A stretch of DNA of 40,000 bases from NCBI RefSeq assembly GCF_050268245.1, contig NZ_JBNNGK010000005.1:258579-298578 (forward strand). The letters run 5' to 3'. The position numbers were made by a program, and so were the translations under genes. How positions within the stretch are numbered: the first letter of the stretch is position 1; the number at the start of each line of letters is the position of its first letter. The notes beneath the pieces are model-generated. The model was given only the letters and a program-made list of their open reading frames with translations. It made no database searches and was not told the origin of the DNA. This document shows, one piece after another, positions 1-8,948 of the stretch. This stretch comes from Serratia sp. NPDC078593 (GTDB lineage: Bacteria; Pseudomonadota; Gammaproteobacteria; Enterobacterales; Enterobacteriaceae).

Positions 1-3000
1 ATACAGGCACAAAAAATATTGCCAATAAAGTCCCGCTTATCATACCGCCAAAGACCCCGGTTCCAATGGCATGCTGGGTTCTGTCACTGGCTCCACTGGC
101 AAGCATTAGAGGCACCACTCCCAGCGTAAAGGCCAGCGAAGTCATCATAATTGGCCGTAAGCGTTGTCTCGCTGCCTGCAAGGTCGCGGTGACCATATCC
201 ATACCCTGTGAGCGTAATTGTCGGGCGAATTCGACGATCAATATGGCATTTTTGGTCGAAAGCCCAATGATGGTTATCATTCCTACCCTAAAAAAATGTC
301 ATTCGACATACCGGCAACCATTACCGCACACACCGACCCTATCAGCCCCAACGGAACGACTAACATGACCGCAAAGGGGATTGACCAGCTTTCATAGAGT
401 GCTGCCAGCACCATAAACACCACCAAGATAGATAACAAAATAAGCGCTGGAAGTTGAGAAGCGGATTCTCTTTCCTGTAGTGAACTGCCCGCCCACTCGG
501 CGATGAATCCTTGGGGTAATACGCTCACAAGGCGATCCATTTCCGCCATAGCGCTGCCGCTCGACAGCCCCGGCGCGGCGCTGCCCGTCACCCTTATTGC
601 GGGATAGCCTTGATAGCGATTTAATTGTTGTGGGGCCTGAACCCAAGACGGTGTTACGAAAGCAGAAAGAGGTACCATTCCACCCGTTTTGTTTTTGACT
701 GACACTTTCAGTAAGTCAGTCAGTTGCATTCTGTAAGCGGTGTCAGCCTGGACGATAACCTGCCGAACGCGGCCGTTGTCCGTGTAGTCATTGACATAAT
801 AAGAACCCGAAGCGGTAGAGAGCGTCTGATTAATTTCATCAAATGACACGCCGAAGGCTTCGGCTTTTTCCCTGTCTACATCCAGCGACACACTTACCCC
901 CTCTGGAAGTCCGTCAATGTAGACATCCGCTAACACTGAACTTTTGCTAGCAAGTGCGATGAGCTTTTCGGTTGCCGCTTTCAACGCAGGGTAACCTTTC
1001 CCTGCCCGGTCTTCGATATACAGCGTAAAGCCTGATGACGTTCCCATATCAGAGATCGCAGGGGGTAACAGGCTCAGCGTAGTGGCGTCAGAGACCGCCT
1101 CCAAAGCAGTTTGCACAAAATTTGCCTCACTCTGAGCCGTCGCGCCGTTTCGGTGTTGCCAATCCTTTAATGTAGTAAACGCCATTGCCGTGTTGGGTCC
1201 CGATCCGGAAAAACCAAACCCAAGGATCGTAACGTTGCTCTCAACAGCTTTACGCGTCGCGATGACATCCTCTACGTGCTGCACGACTTTGCGTGTCCGC
1301 TCCATCGTGGCATCCGAAGGCAACTGAATGGAGGACATAAAGTAGCCTTGGTCTTCATCCGGCAAAAATGATGAAGGCAGATTTTTCAGAGCAATCAGCA
1401 GTAAACCGCAAAGAGCAATGTACAGCAGTAGCATCCTTCCAGAACGCTTCAGCACATATCGCAGCCCTGATTCATAACGGATTGAGAAGGCATTGAAATG
1501 ACGGTTGAACCAACGTGGAAAACCTTTTTTGTGCCCCTCTTTATGACTCTGTGGCTTTAGTAAAGAAGCACAGAGTGCCGGGGTCAGCGTCAGTGCCAAA
1601 AATGCCGAAAATAGGATCGACACGGCCATAGAGAGTGTAAACTGCCGATAAATAACACCCACCGATCCACTGGCGAACCCCATAGGGATAAATACGGCAG
1701 TCAACACCAGAGTAATACCGATAATGGCTGGGGTAATTTCTTTCATTGCCTCACGCGTAGCCTGCTGGGGTAATAATTTGTTCTCTTCCATCAGGTGTTC
1801 GACATTTTCCACCACTACGATCGCATCATCGACAATGATGCCGATAGCTAACACCATGCCAAACATGGTCAGTACGTTGATAGAAAAACCGCATAGCAGC
1901 ATGACGGTGAAGGTGCCCAGTAACGCCACGGGTGCCACAATAGCGGGGATCAGCGTACAGCGGATTTTGTGCAGGAATAGCAGCATCACCAAGAAGACCA
2001 AAACCATCGCTTCAATAAAAGTATGGATGACTTTCTCAATCGACAATTTGACAAAGGGGGCCGTATCAAAGGGTACCGAGAACGCCATTCCTTGCGGCAA
2101 GTTGGCAGAAAGCTCGGCAAGCCGTGCATGAATGCCTGCTGCCGTACTGATTGCATTAGCCCCTGGTGCGAGCTGGATCGCCGCCGCCGTCGCGGGCAAA
2201 CCATTTTCACGTATCGCAAAGGCATAACTTTGCAGACCGGACTCGATCCGGGCGATATCCGCCAGCTTTAATCGAGCACCGCTGCTATCCGCTCTAATTG
2301 TAATATTGCGGAACTCCTCTATCGACGCGAGCTGTCCTTTCACCATCAGTGGATAAGTCACCTGCTGACCAGATGCCGCAGGCTCATCGCCAATACGCCC
2401 TGGTGAAACCCGCACATTTTGCTGGCTGAGTGCAGCGATCACCTCATTAACTGACAGCTTAAAAGTGTACATTTTGAGCGGATCTAGCCAGATGCGCATG
2501 GCTTTTTCCGCACCGAACAACTGGACTTTACCTACGCCAGGAACACGACGTAGTTCATCGCTAACATTGCGGGAAAAATAATCGCTCAAATCAGCTTCTT
2601 GATACGTCCTGGAAGGCGATTTCAATCCTACCATCATCAGAAAGCCTGAGTTTGCCGCTTCTACGCTCACGCCATTCTGCCGCACCGCTTGTGGAAGCCG
2701 CGGTTCAACCACTTTGATTTGGTTTTGAATATCCATCTGGGCAAGTTTGATGTCGGTTCCTGGCTTAAATGTCACCGTAATAGATGCCGAGCCCGACGTA
2801 TCGCTGGTTGACTCAAAATACAGCAAGTCATCAACACCTGAAATTTCACGTTCAAGTAAAGAGACAACCGATGTGTTCATCGTTTCCGGCGTGGCGCCGG
2901 GATAACTCACCGATATCGACACGGTAGGCGGTGCCACCGCGGGATATTGAGCCACCGGGAGTTTAGGAATTGCCAGAACGCCAGTGAGAATAATAAATAA

Positions 3001-3048
3001 TGCGATAACCCAGGCGAAGACGGGTCTCTCGATAAAAAACTGAGACAT
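1..3048 (-). pseudogene. HAE1-family RND multidrug efflux permease (AcrB/AcrD-like), split by a frameshift in an A7/T7 homopolymer (290-296); 3' end runs off the window
   Basis: The 921-aa ORF 283..3048 (MSQFFIERPVFAWV..., VDDAIVVVENVEH, ALYESWSIPF) is colinear with AcrB and stops at ...SNDIFLG*. Reading on from 289 in the adjacent frame gives [25 protein letters not shown]...[19 protein letters not shown]...LAIFFVPV, which is TM10-TM12 of the same protein. Confidence 0.85.
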
Positions 3049-3125
3049 TAGAGTTAATCCGTATTGTTTTCTGAATGGTTAAAAAACAGACAGCATGGCT
3101 TCCGCCAGTGACAGGCAGGGAGCCA

Positions 3126-4025
3126 TCACTCTTCATCCTCTGTTTCAGTGCTTACCCGTTTGCCTATATCCTTAAGCTGCGAATATTTCTCCAGCAGCTG
3201 TGGGCCATCATCAAGGCTGGTAGCAAACATCCACATATAGGTCATCACAGCGTAAATATGCCCAGCACTGATCGTGGTCGACTGCGTCATCCAGATAATA
3301 GTCAGGCTAAACAACATGGCGACCAGCACACCAATCGACAGATACCCGATAGCTTCACGATCAGAGAGGCGTATACGTAATTTAGCGAGAGTAGAATAAT
3401 GTCGCTTTAAAGATAACGTTGTAGCCTTAGTAACAAAATCAACCTCCTTTTCAAGACGATTATTGAGCTTGTTATATAGCGTTTCGTTTTTCCGGGCAAA
3501 GCCGGGCAAGAAACAAGCCAAGAAAGCCAGAATGGCCAGGCAGGCAATACCCGCCCAGAATTCGAGAACCAGTAACATCACCGCCGCACCGATCAACGAA
3601 ACTAGCGAAGTGATGAGCATAGGTAAGTGCAATTCAAAGAAATCAACGAACTCTCTCGATAACACCACGCGTGCTGCAACGGTTGAATGATTAAGATTAT
3701 TTTTACGTTGCGACATGGTCACAGAGACAGCCAAGGCAGCATAAATTTTGGCAAAAGTTCGGGTATCCACACTTCTGCGCACCGCCCCCAGGCACCAGAT
3801 AAAGAGGATCATCACCCCATAAAGCACGGCGTTTAATGTCTGGCCGGACAGTATGGCGTTAATGGAGACGCCGGCAAGAATCGGGTACAACAAATAGGTG
3901 ACGTTTTCAGCAACCACCAGCAAAAAAGTAAAGAACAGTTTTTTGCGGTAGCGACTGGCCAGTAGTTTCAAGGTGCCAGAGGCTCTTCCGCTTGTGGAAG
4001 GCACCGGTATTCTTTCAGTGTTCAT
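3126..4025 (-). CDS. Polytopic membrane protein resembling an ABC-exporter transmembrane domain with no ATPase domain (ABC_membrane_3-like)
   Basis: The ORF has about 6 hydrophobic spans and a long cytoplasmic helix region (ETLYNKLNNRLEKEVDFV...), as in type-1 ABC exporter TMDs, but no Walker motifs. I take the start at ATG 4025 (MNTERIP...) rather than 4064 so that both operator repeats stay intergenic. It lies 77 bp upstream of the RND gene. Confidence 0.55.
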   Translation of the reverse strand: MNTERIPVPSTSGRASGTLKLLASRYRKKLFFTFLLVVAENVTYLLYPILAGVSINAILSGQTLNAVLYGVMILFIWCLGAVRRSVDTRTFAKIYAALAVSVTMSQRKNNLNHSTVAARVVLSREFVDFFELHLPMLITSLVSLIGAAVMLLVLEFWAGIACLAILAFLACFLPGFARKNETLYNKLNNRLEKEVDFVTKATTLSLKRHYSTLAKLRIRLSDREAIGYLSIGVLVAMLFSLTIIWMTQSTTISAGHIYAVMTYMWMFATSLDDGPQLLEKYSQLKDIGKRVSTETEDEE

Positions 4026-4047
4026 CAGTGACACTTCTGTTAAAATA

Positions 4048-4094
4048 GAGCAATCGCTCAACAATCAACACATGCTATTTGAGCAATCGCTCAA
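4048..4094. promoter_or_regulatory. Duplicated 14-bp operator-like repeat GAGCAATCGCTCAA in the divergent TetR/efflux promoter region
   Basis: Identical copies lie at 4048-4061 and 4081-4094. The second copy extends to the imperfect palindrome TTGAGC-AATC-GCTCAA. They sit between the divergent starts at 4025 (-) and 4113 (+). Confidence 0.45.
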
Positions 4095-4112
4095 AGTCAA
4101 TGGAGGTGAAGG

Positions 4113-4694
4113 ATGAAAACCAAGTCTGAGTTAATGAGAGATAAAATTCTTAAGGCTGTTGTTGAATTGTTTATCGAGAAAGGTATTGAAAAGGTCACAA
4201 CGCGCGATCTGACAGAATATTTAGGCCTATCTCGCAGCCATATTTATCACTATTTTAAAGACTGGCGGTCCTTGAGTCTCACGGCAGTAACAAACTTTAT
4301 GAACGACGAGCTGGAAGAGTTTCGCACCATTATTGCGCCTTTATCCGCCAGCCAGAAACTACAGGAATTTATTGATGGCATGATTTCCGACGCCCCTGAC
4401 CCAACCCGAAAGCTATATGGTTCTTTATGGCTACTTTCAACTTATGACGACGCCTACGCGAGTCTACTGCAGACTTTTCTGGATGAGTGGCATCAGGTGC
4501 TGACGAACATTATCCAGTCTGGTATGGACGAGCATACGTTTCGCATTGTTGATGCGCAACGCGTAGCGCGGCAGCTGGACGCCATGCTATTCGGTTACGG
4601 GGAACACCTGTTAACCTTACCCTCTGAAAGTTTAGTGAAGCAGACGAAAGAGGATATCGACGATTTTATCCAACAAAATATTATGGCGGGTTGA
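4113..4694 (+). CDS. TetR/AcrR-family transcriptional regulator
   Basis: The N-terminal HTH KILKAVVELFIEKGIEKVTTRDLTEYLGLSRSHIYHYF is typical of TetR_N. GGAGG lies upstream of the ATG, and the gene is divergent from the efflux genes. Confidence 0.9.
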   Translation: MKTKSELMRDKILKAVVELFIEKGIEKVTTRDLTEYLGLSRSHIYHYFKDWRSLSLTAVTNFMNDELEEFRTIIAPLSASQKLQEFIDGMISDAPDPTRKLYGSLWLLSTYDDAYASLLQTFLDEWHQVLTNIIQSGMDEHTFRIVDAQRVARQLDAMLFGYGEHLLTLPSESLVKQTKEDIDDFIQQNIMAG

Positions 4695-5021
4695 AGCCCC
4701 CAGAAGGCAGCCCCTGAACAGCAAAAATTGATCGTTTTCGGCTGAAAATGGTCTGTCGGGTTGTGTATGTACAACGAGTTTACCAACAATATGCACCACG
4801 ATACGCCGGATGCCTATGCCATAATCCGTTCAATTCTTTCGGTGGCGTGCCGTACGAGAGGCTGTATGACGATATAAAAACGTTAATGCTTCACCATTCC
4901 CTTTTGGTACAAATACGACAACGTGGGAAATTAATGAGTAGCGTCAAATCATGTGACGGGTTGAGAGTCCACCGGGTTGCAAAAAGGACGCCGCCCTTCT
5001 TGCAACGATTAGACTTTTTTA

Positions 5022-5213
5022 TTATTTATTCGCCAGCTCGGCCGGTTTAGGCTGTGCCGTCGCAGTGTTAGCCGCACGGTCGTGTTTCTTCTTACCTACA
5101 TTTGAAATCAGGTTAAACACTTCGCCGAGACCATAAATTGCGCCAAGCAATACGGCAACCATCACCGGCACCATAATAAGCACCATGGCTATGCTTTCTA
5201 CTATTTCAATCAC
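5022..5213 (-). CDS. Small (63 aa) single/double-pass membrane protein, function unknown
   Basis: GTG start preceded by GGAG (gcGGAGtgaacaGTG). The hydrophobic N-terminal 35 aa are followed by a Lys-rich hydrophilic tail. No family recognised. Confidence 0.4.
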   Translation of the reverse strand: MIEIVESIAMVLIMVPVMVAVLLGAIYGLGEVFNLISNVGKKKHDRAANTATAQPKPAELANK

Positions 5214-5408
5214 TGTTCACTCCGCATTTAGCGCTGAAAAATCCCCTCCCGTAGAGACAATCATCTCTGAGATTTTTCTTGATAGATTAAGCCTGGCTTA
5301 TCTGTGACTAAAGTGGTCACAAATAAGCGTGGAACAATGTAACTGACACAGTCACATTAGATCAATGCAAAAAAATGCTTTTTAATAGCAGCGTATTCAG
5401 TGCGTGAA

Positions 5409-5882
5409 TTAATGGTGATGATCAGGCAGATTAGCAAACTCACACGGCACAAAGGGATAACCCGCACAGGTTTCAACTTGGCTGACAATATCCGCCATTG
5501 ACGTTTGTGCCAGAGTGGCCTCCATCTGTTGGCTAATGCACGCAAATTCATGCTTCAATACGGGGATAATGGCATGGCCGATATAGCAGGCGTCGTTAGG
5601 TTTCGAGCGATGCAACGGAAAGTACGGCTGTTCCTCCACCGCGTGATAGATATCAAGTAGGCTAATATCACCGGCTGATTTTGCTAATAATGCCCCGCCA
5701 CCTTGCCCCATTTGCGAATGGGTTAGACCCGCGTCTGCCAGTGCACCAAGAATGCGTCGCACGACTGTCGGGTTGGTATTCACACTTCGCGCAATATCTT
5801 CCGAGCGCACCGCCTGCCCACGGAACAACGTAATATGGGTCAGTATGTGAATCGCAACGGCAAAACGGGTTGAGCTAGACAC
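5409..5882 (-). CDS. Rrf2/BadM-family transcriptional regulator
   Basis: The N-terminus STRFAVAIHILTHITLFRGQAVRSEDIARSVNTNPTVVRRILGALADAGL is the Rrf2 winged-helix signature. GTG start. Confidence 0.85.
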   Translation of the reverse strand: MSSSTRFAVAIHILTHITLFRGQAVRSEDIARSVNTNPTVVRRILGALADAGLTHSQMGQGGGALLAKSAGDISLLDIYHAVEEQPYFPLHRSKPNDACYIGHAIIPVLKHEFACISQQMEATLAQTSMADIVSQVETCAGYPFVPCEFANLPDHHH

Positions 5883-6170
5883 GTCGGCACCTGCTAAAAG
5901 GGGTTTTTGTTAGCGCTTGAGAATGACACTTTTGTGACGGAACAGACACATAGTGAATAGGGGCGCGATGAAAGTCAATCAACAGGCCACATAGCGTAAG
6001 CTTTTCGTGCGACTGCTATCTTTATACCCCGTTGCACCAGACGAAACAGAAAATTAAGACTATTACCCTATGTTATTTCTGTGCGGCGAAATACATTCAT
6101 CACAACTTTTATCAAGTCCGTCGCAACGATGCATTATTGATTAATGCCTCAATACTACCAGGAAAAAAAT

Positions 6171-6383
6171 ATGAACATTAAACGTACCGCTGGCATGGCT
6201 GTGTTAATTATTGCAACGTTATCGGTGACGGCCTGTGGCCATATGTCTCACCGCGAACGTAATACCGCTGTAGGTGCCGGTATCGGTGCGCTGGGTGGCG
6301 CAGTATTAACCGATGGCAGCACGTTGGGCACATTAGGCGGCGCTGCATTGGGCGGCGTTATTGGTCACCAAACAGGCCGCTAA
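6171..6383 (+). CDS. osmB: Osmotically inducible lipoprotein OsmB
   Basis: Lipobox LSVTAC, then RERNTAVGAGIGALGGAVLTDGSTLGTLGGAALGGVIGHQTGR, nearly identical to E. coli OsmB. AGGA lies upstream of ATG 6171. Confidence 0.9.
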   Translation: MNIKRTAGMAVLIIATLSVTACGHMSHRERNTAVGAGIGALGGAVLTDGSTLGTLGGAALGGVIGHQTGR

Positions 6384-6421
6384 CCCTTCGGCCTGTTATG
6401 TCCGCTCCGGTAATTTCAAGA

Positions 6422-6457
6422 TCATGTATAGCCGCGAAAAACCGGGGCTATACATGA
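6422..6457. terminator. Bidirectional hairpin between convergent osmB and yagU-like genes
   Basis: Perfect 12-bp inverted repeat TCATGTATAGCC / GGCTATACATGA with a 12-nt loop. It starts 2 nt past the yagU-like stop, and attatttt follows on the plus strand. Confidence 0.55.
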
Positions 6458-6458
6458 A

Positions 6459-7010
6459 TTATTTTGCCCATACGCCCTTTATGGGTTTTGAAAATATCGC
6501 CAGCACCGCGATAAGACTGATTTCAATGGATACAGACCAACAAATATGGCCGATAAGTTCACTCCAAAACTCATACCCATTTAAGTTCCACAACCATCCA
6601 TTCCCCTCGCTAAGGTAGGCAGGATGCCGGAACCCCAAGGCGGGAATTAACAGGCCATGCATGACCAGCGTAATAACAATACCGTATGCCGCACCGTACC
6701 AAAGCCTGATTTTAGGTGTCAGCGCAGAGATAAACACGTATAAGAACGCAAAGGCGAAGCTGAACAGCCAGTGATAAAGCATCACTGCACCGGGGATGGT
6801 TATGCCTTGGTAAACGTAATCCAGCGAGTGGGAATTAACCCCTAGCCATCCGAGCCAGGCGTCAATATTCAGCGCAGGGGGCGACATTTCCCCCGCCACC
6901 CGCGGTGGCATATTGGCTTCCGTCCCCGACTTAACTAACGAGCTAATGAATCCGCCAACTATCGTTGACCACATCAGTATGCGAACGTTGGTTTTATTCC
7001 CTATTTTCAT
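6459..7010 (-). CDS. YagU/DUF1440-family inner membrane protein
   Basis: 183 aa with about 4 TM spans. Segments (KSGTEANMPPR, PKIRLWYG, ELIGHICWSVSIEI) parallel E. coli YagU. Confidence 0.7.
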   Translation of the reverse strand: MKIGNKTNVRILMWSTIVGGFISSLVKSGTEANMPPRVAGEMSPPALNIDAWLGWLGVNSHSLDYVYQGITIPGAVMLYHWLFSFAFAFLYVFISALTPKIRLWYGAAYGIVITLVMHGLLIPALGFRHPAYLSEGNGWLWNLNGYEFWSELIGHICWSVSIEISLIAVLAIFSKPIKGVWAK

Positions 7011-7128
7011 AAATATCCCTTCAATTAAAACGGTTAGTCGAATTTTATGGCTATCATTTTTTGCACATGCGGGCTAAAAGATAAACACCGCCATGCGCTA
7101 GCATGCATGCCCCCGCTTGCTTATCACG

Positions 7129-8847
7129 TTAACCTTTAATGCGTGATATGACATTCAGCGGCTGCGCATCCGGCAAAATATTCATATGTTCAAGCACTTG
7201 TGCCATGATTTTTCCAAATACCGGCCCCGCCACCGAGCCGCCAAAGTGTTTACCCGCTTTCGGGTTATTGATCATTACCACCAGCGCGACTTGTGGATCG
7301 CTGGCTGGCGCAACACCGGCGGTGTAATTGACGTAACCACCGTCATATTTACCGCTGTCGCCCAGTTTTTCGGCAGTACCGGTTTTAATCGCTAAACGGT
7401 AACCCGGCACGGCGGCGCTCACCCCGCTTCCCCCTGGTAAGGCATCACTTTCCATCATGTGCACGACGGATTTCACCACCGCTTCTGGCATAACGCGTTG
7501 CCCAACCACCGGCGGCGTCACTTTGGTGATCGATAACGGGCGGTAAATACCCAACGCGCCGATCGCAGCATATTCACGCGCCATTTGTAGCGGTGTCACC
7601 CGCAGGCCATATCCAAACGAGAAAGTCGCACGTTCGATGTCAGCCCAACGTTGCCGATGCTGCGGCAGATAACCGCTACTTTCATTGCCAATACCCAGTT
7701 CGGTCGGTTTACCCAGGCCAAAGCGTTGATAGACTTCAGGCAACACCGTTGCAGGCATCGCCAAGGCGATATGCGATACCGCAATGTCACTGGATTTTTG
7801 TAGCACGCCGGTAATGCTCAACTTCGACCAGTGCCCCACATCTCGGATCAGATGACCATTCACGCGGTATGGCGTGGTATCCAGAACGGTATCTGGCTGA
7901 ATAAGATGACGATTCAATCCCACCATCACCACGATTGGTTTAACGGTAGAACCCGGCTCAAAACTGTCGCTGCTGCACACGTTGCGGATATTTTTCGACG
8001 GCGTATTGCTGTAGTTGTTGGGGTTAAATGTGGGATAGCTCGCCATACCCAGCACCTCACCCGTGTCGATTTTCACTAATACCGCGCAGCCGGAATCGGC
8101 CTGATTAGCCACCACGCCATCACGGATATGGGCAAACAGGACATACTGGATAAACTTGTCGATACTCAGCGTGATATTGGGCGGCTGTACCGGTTCGATA
8201 TTCTTTAGAACATTGATCACCGCACCGTTAGCGTCTTTTTGATAAACCCGTACGCCGTTCTTGCCTTGTAACAGAGGATTGAATCCCCGCTCGATACCTT
8301 CTAAACCCTGATTATCTTGACCAACGATGCCAATCAGCCCCGCGGCATCCTGCCCCATTGGGTAAAAGCGGCTAAAATCTTGCTCGCTACTGACACCCGT
8401 CAGATGCAGTTTTTTGATGTAATCGGCTTTATCGTCCTCCACTTTACGGGCCAGATAGACGAACCGTTTGCGCGCATTGTGCTGGATCAAGAGCTGGATA
8501 TCAGCCAACGGCATTTCCAGCACATTTGCCAAGCGTTGCCAACGCTCATCGCCGGTATGAGTATGGCTGGCAATAATATGTTTCGGGTCAAGTATGATGT
8601 CTTTCGAGGAAACGCTGACCGCCAAGGCTTGATTATTGCGATCGGTAATCATTCCGCGATTACTTCGGAGCACCTGCGTGCGAACCGAACGCTGATCCGC
8701 CTGATTGGCTAATTGCTGATGCTCCATCAGTTGTAGATAACCCACTCTCAGCATCAGCAGCAGCAAACACGCAATGATCCCGGCGCAGATCCAACCAAAT
8801 CGCAGCGAAGAATAGTTTTTACCGCTTTTTTTAGATGATGGTGCCAC
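7129..8847 (-). CDS. Class B penicillin-binding protein, PBP3 (FtsI)-like paralogue
   Basis: Colinear with E. coli FtsI (RFVYLARKV, YIKKL, FEPGSTVKP, KTGTAEK, GVAPAS). GTG start. Not located in a dcw cluster. Confidence 0.9.
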   Translation of the reverse strand: MAPSSKKSGKNYSSLRFGWICAGIIACLLLLMLRVGYLQLMEHQQLANQADQRSVRTQVLRSNRGMITDRNNQALAVSVSSKDIILDPKHIIASHTHTGDERWQRLANVLEMPLADIQLLIQHNARKRFVYLARKVEDDKADYIKKLHLTGVSSEQDFSRFYPMGQDAAGLIGIVGQDNQGLEGIERGFNPLLQGKNGVRVYQKDANGAVINVLKNIEPVQPPNITLSIDKFIQYVLFAHIRDGVVANQADSGCAVLVKIDTGEVLGMASYPTFNPNNYSNTPSKNIRNVCSSDSFEPGSTVKPIVVMVGLNRHLIQPDTVLDTTPYRVNGHLIRDVGHWSKLSITGVLQKSSDIAVSHIALAMPATVLPEVYQRFGLGKPTELGIGNESSGYLPQHRQRWADIERATFSFGYGLRVTPLQMAREYAAIGALGIYRPLSITKVTPPVVGQRVMPEAVVKSVVHMMESDALPGGSGVSAAVPGYRLAIKTGTAEKLGDSGKYDGGYVNYTAGVAPASDPQVALVVMINNPKAGKHFGGSVAGPVFGKIMAQVLEHMNILPDAQPLNVISRIKG

Positions 8848-8948
8848 TATTAACCTTTCGTTTTTATTGTGATTATTGGTCGATAAAGTCTACCCGTACA
8901 AAGTCTGGCGTATCATTGCAGTTTGTAAGAAAGTACCACCAAACACGT

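Noticed and set aside
66-368. 100-aa plus-strand ORF at the left edge
   Set aside because: It lies antisense to the C-terminal (post-frameshift) part of the RND pump gene. The opposite strand encodes clear TM10-TM12 RND sequence, so this is a shadow ORF.
4748-5050. 100-aa plus-strand ORF in the TetR-downstream gap
   Set aside because: No RBS and no recognisable motif, and it overlaps the 3' end of the better-supported small minus-strand gene.
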